64,000 bases of DNA from Octopus vulgaris. Lineage: Eukaryota. The stretch is taken from the NCBI GenBank assembly GCA_951406725.2, contig OX597825.1, positions 61,318,001-61,382,000 of the forward strand. Reading direction: 5' to 3'. The notes beneath the pieces were generated by a model. The model did no database searches. It was not told the DNA's origin and saw only the letters and a list, made by a program, of their open reading frames with translations. This document shows positions 42,426 to 54,829 of the stretch, piece by piece; within the stretch, counting starts at the first letter, position 1; every line of letters starts with the position of its first letter. Made by a program: the position numbers and the translations under genes.

Positions 42426-44150
42426 ACATATAAGCATCATATATGTAATAAGACTGTGTAGCACAATTTTTGTCCTTGGGCAGCAACTGTTATTTTCTAT
42501 TTGTTTACCCCTAGAACATATGAACAATGGCTAATGTTTTTTTCAAACTTTGCTTTTGGTATATTTATTCAAGACCCGAAGAATCCTTCTCAACACATCG
42601 CTATGATGCTCCTTAACAATTCCTGCTCATGATCAGGTGTGCCTTTTGTCAACTACTAAGGGATATGCTCAAATGGTTAAGGTCAAGCAACTGACTTTCA
42701 AATCGGTGGTATTGAGCAGAATATTTGTTATTACGATAATTCTACTTCAGCAACTCAGCATTGAATCTGTCTGAAATGTAATGGAAAATAGGTCAGTTTA
42801 AAAATATTGATGCCCAGGTCATAAAAGCAATGTTTGAAGGGAATAGAGGTCATTTCCTTTGATTTCTAGATAGAAGTAAATAGGAAATAACACTTACTGG
42901 CCAAAATCAAAAGGAAAATAAAATTTTCTGACACAATGCAATTGAATTATATATTATTGTTTTGTTATGCAAGTGATCCGCCCATCTGTAGAAAAAATGT
43001 CTTGCATGAAATCTGTTCATTGTGTGTAAAAAGGTTGGGAATTGGTTAACAGAATTAAATGCATCAATCCATTAAAGGACCAATTGTTTTTGAACTACGA
43101 AATGTTACACTAGATTCTGGATAATGGGTTTATAGAACTTTTGCAACATTGCAAGAACTACCTTGTGATAGTTGTTCTGGTTCTTTGCATTCCGACAACA
43201 ATGCTGGTGATGATATTGATGCCAAACTATATTGGCTCAAGTCAACAGCATTTCTCTTGGATAAACATTGGTATTGTGAAGAAGGGAAACTTGCACACAT
43301 GGGCAACCGTCAGCCTTAAAAAAAACCGATGCACAGGCCTGTACATATATGTGCAGATATGCATAGTTGGTCTTGACCAATGAGAACCATATTTTGCGGA
43401 CAATACCAAGGACGTTTATCGGTCAGATTACACAATAGACCAATTGGCTGGGGAAACATGCATATGTTATATAAAGTAAAAAAAAAAAATACCAATTACG
43501 TTCTCTGCATTCTTCATAAATATATAATGCAGATCGAACTCTGCCCATTATCCTAAATAGAGATATGATGGTCATTGTTGAACTGCATGGAACATAGTAG
43601 TAGAGAGTATAACGTTTTACTGATTCCAAATATTTTAGGCTCAGTAAAATGTTTTGCGTAACAAACATTTACAGATAAATATACTGTACCAACTTGTATA
43701 TTTTCAATATAGCTAGAGGACATGGAGCGACCAACTTGTTAGATTTACGATGTTACTTCACCATTTCTTTATCTCACTAAGACCATCAGGTTTAAAGACG
43801 AAAATAATTTTTCCTCTATTTTAACCTTTTTCCATTTCTTCGTAGTTTTTTTTTAATCTGTTAGGGTTTCAATGGTCAATCATAATCATTGTAACTGTTT
43901 ATATATATATATATATATATATATTTCTGAATATGAATAGCTTTTTATATATGTGAGAATTTTGTGCCTGTAGATATACCTATGATTATTTAGATTTGCA
44001 TATTTCTGGGAGTGGGATCTCTCTCTCAAAACGTATACGCTATTACTTTGGCATTTTAAGCATTTCAATGCTAACCTTTTTCCATATATTGAAAAGCTCC
44101 CCCCCACCACCACAAAAAAAAAATACCGTTATATTCATATGCCTCCAATA

Positions 44151-45794
44151 TCGTAGTACGGTTGATATTGTCGACGATAGATAAAGAATACACTGTAACA
44201 GTGTTATAACATTACAAAATAGAAACAGCGGCAGTAACAAACAGTTAATGAACCAACGATCAATATTTCCAAAACACTATCTCGAACTGTAAACCTAGAC
44301 TTCGAAGACATAACTACGAACTGCCGACTACATCAGATCGCATCTTTTTTATATGTAGTAATCCCATCTATTCTCGTCTGAGACTCTCGTACTCTCGCCG
44401 CAACATCTCTCCCTTTGAGATTTCGAGTTTCAAAGGAATAAAGAAATTTTATTTATTATTATTATTTTTTAGTATCTTTTTCACTTGAGCCTTTCTCAAG
44501 GTGTTTGGACTGCTTCCATTTTCTCATGCTGGTTCTACGGGACTCCATTACTTTCAGAGCATCGAATACCTCAAATAAATACTGCCATAGGAATTTCTTT
44601 CTATTCTTCTTTAACTGATTTATATGTCTCCTATGTTTCCAGCGTGGTCCTTTAATTAGATACATCATACTTTCTTGGCTACAAGGCCATCTTCCCAGCC
44701 TTCTTTGCCATTTCTGTAGGTTTTAAAATGAACGCTATCTCTTACTTCAAAATATTTCGCTGCATCTTTCGTATTTCATTACATCTTTTTTCTCTGGCAA
44801 TAACTTATCAAAGATCGAGTTTATTCTTCTTGTGAACATCAGCTCTGCGGGTGACTTTGCAGAATTTGTACTTGGATTGGGGGTTACTCTATATACCCTT
44901 AAGAATTTGGTTAGTGCTTCATCGTTACTTAATCCGTTCCTAGTTTTTCATAACGCTCCTTTGGATGTGTCCACGAATCTTTCGACCGTCCATTCGACCT
45001 TAGGTGGTAGGGTAGAGTGAAAATATGCTTTATTGCATGCATTTTACAGAAGTTCTTGAAGTCACCCCCCGAGAATTGCATTCCATTATCAGAAATTGAC
45101 GTGTCTGGAACACCGTATCACATAAACAATTCATTCTATAGTTTATAGTTGTCTTAGCGGTTGGTTTACTGCACCTGCATACCTCTGGCCACGTTGTACA
45201 GCTGTCTACCACGATTAGATAGTAAGCGCCGTTCACAGGTCCAGCATAGTCAATATGTACCCTAGACTATAGGTTCTCAGTCTCCGGCCGCATTTGATAT
45301 TTTAGCGGCAGGGTTTTGGTCGTGAGCGTGCAACCTCGACAAGTTCTCACCAAATTTTCGATATCCCAGTCCATAGTTGGCCAATAGATATAGCACCTCA
45401 TCAGAATTTTCATCCTCGATGTTCCCGGGTGTCCGCTGTGGAATTACAGTAATACACGTTTTTGTAATGTAGTCAGTACTACAACTCATTGTGCATACAT
45501 CAGAATATCGTCGCATATTGAGAAACTACTCGAATTTGTAGTTTCATTCTGCTTATGTTTTAAAGCTTCTTTCATTTTTGTAATGTACTCATCGCCTACA
45601 GATTTCATTCTTATATTATGTGCAGTCACTGGCAGTTCTAGGATAAAATTAGTCATAATACTTTTTATTTCATTTTCTGTCTGTAGTGCGGTTATCAAAG
45701 TATCTTTGAAGACCAGATTACGTCAGACCACAACTATTTATATGTAGTGGTCCTATCTATTCTCGTCAGAGGGCGTTGTACTCTCACTACAACA
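44151..45794 (-). mobile_element. Internally deleted Ty3/Gypsy LTR retrotransposon
   Basis: 3' LTR at about 44151-44405 starts TG after a polypurine tract aaagggagaga; diverged 5' LTR stub at 45712-45794; integrase relic between them. Confidence 0.85.
44960..45700 (-). pseudogene. Gypsy integrase relic (zinc-binding HHCC region plus rve core)
   Basis: FHSGHPGTSRMK...YIYWPTMD.DIENLVRTCRGC...RVHIDYAGPVNGAYYLIVVDS.T.WPEV...YGVPDT.ISDNG.QF...SNG; stops and frameshifts. Confidence 0.9.
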
Positions 45795-46022
45795 CATACA
45801 CATCAATTTAAAAGCTACAGAAGAGTTATGTAGTCATGTACAAGCACTCAGCTCTGAGTGCACCGCTTCTTATAGAGAAACGGCTGTAAGCTAATGAAGT
45901 TAATTACATAACTTCTATTCCCTTGTCATTCTGAAACATATGTATATTGAATTCTAACAACAGGTTAATAATATTGCTATGCCTAAGCAAAATCATATTT
46001 TCTCGTCGACAACCATGATTGT

Positions 46023-46067
46023 CACAAGCTGATGAGAAGTAAACACCTTGAAACTCGAGTCCGTGTG
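46023..46067 (+). ncRNA. Minimal hammerhead ribozyme-like motif (Penelope type)
   Basis: cacaag-CTGATGA-gaagtaaacacctt-GAAA-ctcgag-TC-cgtgtg: both core boxes, palindromic stem III actcgagt, stem I 5 of 6 paired, stem II imperfect. Confidence 0.65.
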
Positions 46068-47542
46068 TATCATGAGTTGAAGGCGGGGAAGATGACTTCC
46101 CTTCACAAATACTGAGAGGACACAGATAGTGTGTCTATAGCCAGCTGGAGGAGATATCTTCCTGGGGCTACAAACTACAGTAGCATCCACCCTTAGGGGT
46201 TAGCCATATTCAAATGGCAAATATGCGTCACTATATATATATATATATATATATATTTTTATATATATATATATATATATCTTTAAATTTCTTTATGGCA
46301 AACGTTTTGAGTATGCAAATAAAGCTCCTATTCCTATATGCTGGCCACAGTGTATTGATGCTTTTTGGTGAACCAGTTTTGGGAACTGAAGGATGGCTGC
46401 AACAAGTGTGTGAATCTGAGAGGAGGAAATATTGAATAAAATCATTATTAACTGATCCACCTATATTTTCTTTTACTGAAAGCTAGGAACCTTTCAGCAC
46501 CCCCTCGTATGTGTGTGTGTGCATAGGTTGCTTCCCCACCTTGAAATTGTGTGATAGTAATAAACAAGCATTGCTGTTACACAATATACATTCTTTTCAG
46601 ATCTTTTGTGTAAACACATCTGGACATGGGAAAATAAAATATTACCACGTTTTTAAACACGTACAGGCTGGTGAGAGTTAAGACATTTGACCAAAGAATA
46701 TCTGCTTCAACAAATTTTGTCTGGGCAATGCAAGCAGGCAAAAGTAAAGCTTTAATTGATGATGTTGATGATGACGATGGTGACGATGACAATGAGGATG
46801 ATGGTGGTGGTGGTAGTGGTCATGATGATGATGATGATGATGATGATGATACATGTATATCTGTATGTGTGTGTAAGCTCATATTCTCCTTAGTCCCCCG
46901 TGTGTGTTCACTGGTTGTTTGGAAAGGTTTTACTTGCAAATGATGTCATTTACTTGCAGTCTACCATGAAAGCATGCCTGGTTTTTTGAAAAGTTTTCAC
47001 ATGTAGCATAATGTATCATGATCTTTCTAAACAAGAGACAACTCTACACTCAATGGATCTTATAATTCTAATCATTTTGGGAAGCAAGGTTAGGAACAAT
47101 GCTTGACATATTTAAATGTTATTAGACTTCTTTAATGAATTATATTTTATTGTACTTACTCAAGGTTTGATGAGTGAATCACTAAATATCACAGTTTCCA
47201 GCTGCTATCAATGAAAACCAAAACTTTGAATGCCTAGCACTTCTATGAGGAAAATAGCCACTCGTTAATGAAAGAAATATTATTGTCTGTGATTCTATCA
47301 CAACTATTGTGTGTCCTCACGAGTAAGGAGACTGTAAAAGTGACAGAATTTCATTGTCACAGATGTTTGTGATATTTACAATTTTTATTATCTAACTTCC
47401 CATGATGTAGCTTTGTCATTTTGTTAGAATGCCTACACTGTTGATAGGATGAAATGAATTCAAATAATTAAAACGGAAAAAAACCCCACTTAAACTGAAT
47501 AGTTTATACTTGTCTTTTCTCAATAGTTTGGTAAATACAGTG

Positions 47543-47823
47543 ATGGCATATGACTTAGAAGTTAGAGTGTTCAGCTCATGATCATAAGGTCGTGTGTTCA
47601 ATACCTGGTGATGTGGTGTATCCTTGAGCAAGACACTTTATTTCACATTGCTCCTGTTCACTCAGCTGGCAAAAATGAGTAGCACCTGTATTTCAAAAGG
47701 CTATTGTTTTAATTGTCCACAAGGGCCTTTTCTATCTTACTAACCTGTCCCATGACGGTCTAATCCCAGCTCACGTTCCCTGTTAGTGGGTGAAAAAGCG
47801 ACGTCACTGTGAACGCCTGGCCA

Positions 47824-47865
<42 letters not shown>

Positions 47866-48283
47866 CGGCGGACACATAGCTCGCTGCTGTTCAGAAAGGA
47901 TCGATGGGCCACACTTTCGTGGTTCGTATTCGTACTGAAAATCGAGATTGAGTGAGCTTTTGCCCTTTTGCTCAATGTGTGGTTTCCGTCGACGCTGAGC
48001 TCACCTTGGGATGCTTGTGTTACCGTTTGCCAGATGTACCACCCCAGTCAAACTCCCCGACCGACACTGTTCTTAACTAAGGGTCATGCATTGGCTATGT
48101 CGGTGCCCTTCAAAAGGCTGGTCTTGTCACATTTGGTATGTCACACTGAATCTCTCTGAGAACTACATTGAGGGTGGGTGTGACTGTGCAATGCCCAACC
48201 ACTTGCATGTTAATTTGGCTGGCAGGCAGTTCCAATGTTTGGATCAAATGGACCAACCAGTGTTCTAATCAAAAGAGTGCCAG
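47543..48283 (+). mobile_element. SINE family C long variant split by a 406-bp insertion
   Basis: The two halves rejoin colinearly with 42100-42425; TSD ttcaaaaggct at 47692-47702 and 48109-48119. Confidence 0.85.
47739..48075 (-). pseudogene. 28S rRNA: 28S rRNA fragment (domain V / peptidyl-transferase region), diverged and internally deleted
   Basis: Contains universal LSU strings in antisense: cccagctcacgttccc, acaagccagttatccctgtggtaacttttctgacacc, ccccagtcaaactcccc; about 60 nt missing between gggtgaa and aaagcgacgtc. Confidence 0.93.
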
Positions 48284-49782
48284 TTAGTCAAGTTAGTGAA
48301 TGCAATGGCAGATCTAAACATATGATTTACTTCAGCCTCTACTGCAAAGAATAGATTCAGTCGTACTTACCAGATTCTAAAATGACAAAGAGGAATCTAT
48401 ATCTGAAAACATAGCACTGTAGTTGTTAAGAAGGCATGCCTTCCATTTATTTCTATTTCTCTCTTTATTGATTAAACCTTGTTACAGGTTAGGAATTAAT
48501 GTCTTTGTTGATTTTTACTGAACATCAGGCAAAAAGTCATTTTTGTAAACTTTAGTAAATTTTACTCTTGTAAATTTTAGAAAAGGCAATTGAAAAACAT
48601 GTACAAAACATTTAAGGATCAATGTGGTGTAAGCACGTTTGACATTTGAAATGCTATTAGCTTTTTACCATGTTGAATTGGTATACAAATTGGTTGGGTG
48701 TAGCAGCTACTGACTGTTTAGAAACAAAAGAAATTTTAATTTTAACTTTGAAATTATATCAATAATTTTTTTTTCTTATACAGTTGTATCTTTTTTCTAC
48801 CCCCCAATTACTGGAATGACATTTTTCAGTAGTTTTAGAAAATGTCATTAAAACTGTGAAGACATTTTTTTTTTTATTTAAGATGAAAATATAAAGAGAA
48901 AATGTTACTTTTTATTTACTTATCTATATTAATAACTAGGTTTCAGATCACCTTCGCCTCTCAGGTTTTCTACATACATACATACATATATGTATGTATG
49001 TGTAATTTTTACTTTTTCCTCTTGAACATTATTTTGTTATTTTTTTTTGCCTTTTAGATTATTTATAGCTAAAAGACAAATTGTTTATTAACCTTTATGG
49101 CTTCAGCAACTCACAAGGTCACCCATTTAAACTTGTTTCAGAGTAATTTATTAACAGAGTGACGATGTTTTTGGAATTGTAAAAGCATTTGGAAATAAAT
49201 TAAGAAACGTTGCAAATGTAAATTATAGCTTGTTTTTAATATTTTTATTTTGTATTTTTTAATTTTTTTTAAAAATTCATTAATTTTAGAATTAAATTTT
49301 GAAACAAATTCTTATCTTATTTCACTTGAAAATAACATAATTAAAAATGAGAAACATATCTAGTTAAAAGTTTTAATACTGTTTTATGTTTCAACTAGAA
49401 AGTTTAAAACTTCTTAGAAATTCTTGTTTATTAGCAGTTCAAATAATCTATAGCTTTAATAAGTTTTTAAAATAATTGCTGTATTTTTGAAATGGTTTAA
49501 ATATGTTTGCACTGGTCTTAACTGTTTCGCTTATGTAAATTCAAATTTTATGTAACTGTCTGCCAGTTCAACATAAAACTATGGAAACAATATTTGGACA
49601 CATCTTCAACATCATATTCCAAGTCTTACAACATGTGTATTGCAAGTCTTATAGCATACACTTTCATTCAAGCAACTCAACCTTGTGTGAACAAGCCCAG
49701 GCCTGTGTCAAAATGACATTCTACTGAATCTTCCAATCACTCTTTTCACCTAGCACCAACTAAAGTTTCTCAACAGCCTCTA

Positions 49783-50210
49783 CATTATTCTTGTTGGTTC
49801 TTCTTCAGCTCATTCCTGCTACATTATATTTTGGTAAATCCAGTCTCTTATTATTCTTGTTGGCTCTTCTTCTGCTCATTCCTGCTATATTATATTTTAG
49901 TAAATCCAGTCTCTTATTATTCTTGTTGGCTCTTCTGCCAATTCCTGCTACATTATGGCAAGCTGGCAGAAACGTTAGCACGCCGGGCGAGATGCGTAGC
50001 CGTATTTCGTCTGTCGTTACGTTCCAAGTTCAAATTCCGCCGAGGTCGACTTTGCCTTTCATCCTTCCGGGGTCGATAAATTAAGAACCAGTTATGCACT
50101 GGGGTCGATGTAGTCGACTTAATCCCTTTGTCTGTCCTTGTTTGTCCCCTCTGTGTGTAGCCCCTTCTGGGTAGTAAAGAAATATATATTTTGGTAAATC
50201 CAGTCTCTTA
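49783..50210. repeat. Tandem repeat of about 65 bp, third unit split by a SINE
   Basis: cattcctgctacattatattttggtaaatccagtctctta occurs twice, the third copy resumes at about 50184. Confidence 0.85.
49957..50183 (+). mobile_element. SINE family B, young (CpG-rich) copy
   Basis: ggcaagctggcagaaacgttagcacgccgggcg...ggtagtaaagaaat. Confidence 0.9.
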
Positions 50211-51376
50211 TAGCTTTGCAGTCAAGAATGTTTTATATCTACATAAATGTATATTTTGCTTAAGGTTTATGATACTAATATCCTAGTGTAGAATTCAATA
50301 TATGTATGCTTCTAAACGAAGGGTTTGTTGGGTAAAGAGTGCTAATAAGAAAAGAGAGAACAATGGAAAAACTGTTTATCTTTTGAACATCATTAGATTA
50401 CTGCTGTTTCCACTAAAAGATACGTCTACCATCTCATAATGAAAACAGCTGTAATTTGATAAAGTTCATAAGATAAACGGTTATTCCTTTGTCATCTTTT
50501 TTCTGACACATACATATATGCATACACATACTTATAACTCATCTGTCTATCCCTCATGTCACCATCAATCCATTGCCTATTTTTCCTTGTCTCATCTTCA
50601 CTGTACAATGCAATCAGTACAACTAAGGATAGCAGAGGATTTCTTCATCTCACTACACATTGCTTCTAATGTAACTAGGAATGCATCAGAACATATTTGA
50701 CTCTCTCACACTCACTCCACTTTTCCTGCTTTCTTATCATTATCAACCAAGCTCTCTCACGATCTTTAAGTATATATTTAAAGGTCCTCACCAGATCTTC
50801 AAGTACCTCATACATTCTACTTATACTCACCGTCGCCTATTTGGTATAGACAGATAATCCTTTCTCACCATTTATCCACCACTTGATTCCTATTTCATTC
50901 TTGCCCCTGTCTTTTTTAGTGTTGCTGCAATGATAAAACACACTCAATCCACTGTTAAATGTTGGGATTTAGTCTTGTCGAAGGTTTAGCAGCTTGTTCC
51001 ATGCTGACAGCTTGAAAACGTATACAGGAATGCCAGTGTGGTAAGAAGCTTGCTTACCAACCACATGGTTCTGGGTTCAGTCCCACTGTGTGACAACTTG
51101 GGCAAGTGTCTTCTACTATAGCCTCGGGCCATCCAAAGCCTTGTGAATGGATTTGGTAGACAGAAACTGATAGAAGCCTGTCATATATATAAAGTAGAAA
51201 GAATTATTATTCTACTTCAGAATTTCAATAGTCTAAGCACCTAGCAGTTCTTGAAGAAGACATGAAAGTTATGAATTTTGAACACAGCCTAGGAATACAC
51301 ATCTGTGTAAAAGTAAGGCACTGATGAAAATGTCATGTAATAAATACAAAAATCAAAAACAAAAAGAACACTAATA

Positions 51377-51797
51377 GGCGCAGGAGTGGCTGTGTGGTAA
51401 GTAGCTTGCTAACCAACCACATGGTTCCAGGTTCAGTCCCACTGTGTGGCATCTTGGGCAAGTGTCTTCTACTATAGCCTCAGGCCGACCAAAGCCTTGT
51501 GAGTGGATTTGGTAGACGGAAACTGAAAGAAGCATGTCATATATATGTATGTATATATATATATATATATATATATGCGTGTGTGTTTGTGTGTCTGCGT
51601 TTGTCCCCCTAGCATTGCTTGACAACCGATGCTGGTGTGTTTATGTCCCCGTCACTTAGCGGTTCGGCAAAAGAGACCAATAGAATAAGTACTGGGCTTA
51701 CAAAGAATAAGTCCCAGGGTTGAGTTGCTCGATTAAAGGTGGTGCTCCAGCATGGCCACAGTCAAATGACTGAAGCAAGTAAAAGAGTAAAAAGAGT
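51377..51797 (+). mobile_element. SINE family A, full length
   Basis: tRNA-like head, internal (TA)n/(TG)n, 3' module ending gtaaaagagtaaaaagag. Confidence 0.9.
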
Positions 51798-52770
51798 ATC
51801 TCAAAGAATTTGATACAATTGAGGAATGTTATAGTTGTTTAATCATGGACTAATTTCAGTCCAGAAGATCTTGGGCTAAAGCTTTCCAGGTCATGACCAT
51901 CTGATTTTTTTTCAGTGAGTATAAATAAGACAGTAATGACTTATGCATCCTGATAAAGTATAGTTTGAGATAAATTTCACTGCTATTTCTAGCAGATCTG
52001 CTTGAAATGTAGAGACTGTTGAAACATCAAGAGGGAGTAATAACATTTGTTAACATTGATGAATAATTATAGTTGAATTTAAACCCTGGATTTGAAACAG
52101 GATATTCTGATTGTAATTTCACATACTTACACCATAAACATTGCTTCAATTACAGTTGAATTTTTTATATGATTTTTATGTCTGGGTCTTTTTTTTTTTT
52201 CCATTTTTTTCTTCTTTTTTCTAAATATTTGTATACTGCCACTAAATGATTCAGTTTTTTTTTATCTAGTCTGTTAAGGCAATCAAACAGGTTAAAAATC
52301 TCATAAAAGTAAACAAGCTCATATTTCGTTTTAAAGTAAACATAAAAATCATTTTAGGCTTGGTAAAACAAACTCAGTACACACGTTTATATATATATAT
52401 GTGTGTGAATGTGTACATACATACACACATGCAAGCATGCATGCACACACACACACACATACACATATATATGCACACTCTTTTTATTTACTTTTTCATT
52501 TTGATGACTGACTAACAAATAGAAATAGTAAAAATTATTTTTATTAAGTCTGTCTAGGCTCACTTATGGCTGTGTGGTTAAGATGTTTGCTTTACAACCA
52601 TGTGGTTTTGAGCTCAATACCACTTCATGGCACCTTCAGAAGGAATCTTGTGCTTCAGCACCAAACTGATGTGTGTATTGTTATGAATAAATTAAGCAAG
52701 CAGAAATTGTGTGAAAACCCTATATATATATATATATATAGTAGAATATATATATATATATATGTATATA

Positions 52771-52814
<44 letters not shown>

Positions 52815-53816
52815 TATATCTATATGCATATGGGGGCACTGGACATCACAAAACGTGTACAACAACAAAATATGAAGTACAAGAACATGGAACATGAATT
52901 ATTCTTTCAAACAATGAAAAACATAAATGGAAAACAAAACAAACATAAAGAACGACCCTTCATCAGTTGTTGGCTTTTTTTCTACTCTCGTATTTTGAGC
53001 ATTTAACAACAATATACGCTTTTGATAAAACAGTTGCTCCCACAAAGCAAATTAAATAAAATCTGGGATTTTGCAGAGGGTCAAAATTGGAAACACAAAC
53101 AGGACAGTGAGAACAAACAGGAAGGGCTGGTAAACCTAAATGAGGTTGTGGTGGCGAACACATAAAGGAGACATACAAGAACACAGTCTTTCTTGTTCCA
53201 GCTACAACAGAGAGAAAGAAAGAAACACAAATTAGTAGAAGAAAGATGGCTGATGGTCACGTTGGAGCCACTTGAGCACTGAAGGAAGAGTGAGAGAGAG
53301 AGAGGGACAGAGTAATAGGATAAAATAGTGGGAGAAGAGGAGGTAAAAGAATAAGAGAGAGAAAGAGAGAAAAATGAAAGAGTAAAAAGATTGTATAGAG
53401 TACGCATCAGAATTATTAAGACAAGACTTACTTGGAAGAGAGTTAATTCGAACGGACTTTACTGTACTTTTTAGCTGGTTAATGTTGTACAGCTGCCTCT
53501 GATAAATTGTTAGTACAATACTTGTTACTACAACTACTGCATTGATCTCTTAGATTTTAGAACGAACACTTTTGCTTGTTGCAAAATCAGCTGACTGTAA
53601 TCTGGTGTGGGGCCTGCAGCATCAAAGGAGAAGAACTAGTATAAAGTCTCTTTGGCATAAGGACTGTTTGCTATTAATCTGTTTGGCATAAAAACAGATT
53701 GGCTTACAGACGTACTCTAGCTTCTGATACACAGGTGTATTGTGTTTTCTCTCTGTCAATCTTAACATTATTAAAATGGTCTAAGCACCATTGAGCTGAT
53801 TGAGCTCATGCTCTCT

Positions 53817-53817
53817 T

Positions 53818-53860
<43 letters not shown>

Positions 53861-53879
53861 CCACCATCATCATCACCAC

Positions 53880-53929
<50 letters not shown>

Positions 53930-53942
53930 CCACCATCATCAT

Positions 53943-53974
<32 letters not shown>

Positions 53975-53981
53975 TCATCAC

Positions 53982-54023
<42 letters not shown>

Positions 54024-54045
54024 CATCATCATCATCATCATCACC

Positions 54046-54092
<47 letters not shown>

Positions 54093-54810
54093 TCAACGTC
54101 TGTTTCTCATGCTGGCATGGGTTGGATGGTTTAACTGAAAACTGGTAAGCTGGGGGAGCTGCACCTGGTTCCAATCTCATTTGGTATGGTTTCTACAGCT
54201 GGAAGCCCTTCCTAATGCCAACCACTCCAAGAGTGTAATGGAAGCTTTTTATGTGCCACTGGCACTGCTGCTAGTTATGAAACACTGGCATCAACCATGA
54301 ATTGAATCTCACTTGGCTTGACAGGTCAAGCATGGCATATTACCAAAGGTCTCAGTCACTTGTCACTGCCTCTGTGAGGCTCAAAGTTCAAAGGGTGATT
54401 TCTACGTGCCACTGGCATGGGTGCCAGGTATGCACCACTGGCATCAGCTATGACTTCAATCTCACTTGGCTTGACAGGTCTTCTCCAGCATGGATATTGC
54501 CAAAGGTTTCGGTCACTTGTTACCACCACTGTGAGACCCAAAGTTCAAAGGGTGATTTCTATGTGCCACTGGCATGGGTGCCAGGTATGAACCACTGGCA
54601 TCAGCTATGACTACGATTTCACTTGGCTGGACAGGTCTTCTCCAGCACAATATATTGCCAAAGGTCTCAGTCACTTGTCACTACCTCTATGAAGCCCAAA
54701 TTTCAAAGGGTGATTTCTACGTGCCACTGGCATGGGTGCCACACATGCGTCACTGGCATCATCCATAGCTACGATTTCACTTGGCTTGAGGGTCTTCTCA
54801 AGCACAGCGT
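53817..54810 (-). mobile_element. RTE 3' UTR with expanded (CAT)n tail and three-plus tandem units of about 157 bp
   Basis: (CAT)n at 53817-54092; unit cactggcatc...cacttggcttgacaggtc...aaagggtgatttctacgtgccactggcatgggtgcca repeats over 54280-54810. Confidence 0.85.
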
Positions 54811-54829
54811 ATAACTCAGCATATCGTTG

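Larger units (their letters stand above)
41648..43046. mobile_element. Probable non-autonomous hAT/Charlie element with nested SINEs
   Basis: Left end cagagatccccaac; right end gtagaaaaaatgtcttgcatgaaatctgttc...aaaaaggttggga resembles Charlie/MER1-type termini; no clean 8-bp TSD. Confidence 0.5.

Noticed and set aside
47739-48075. Functional rRNA gene or rDNA array
   Set aside because: Only a short fragment with an internal deletion, flanked by a TSD inside a SINE
49783-49957. CRISPR-like or coding repeat (LLLIPATLYF ORF)
   Set aside because: Simple head-to-tail tandem with no unique spacers, split by a SINE, in eukaryotic DNA
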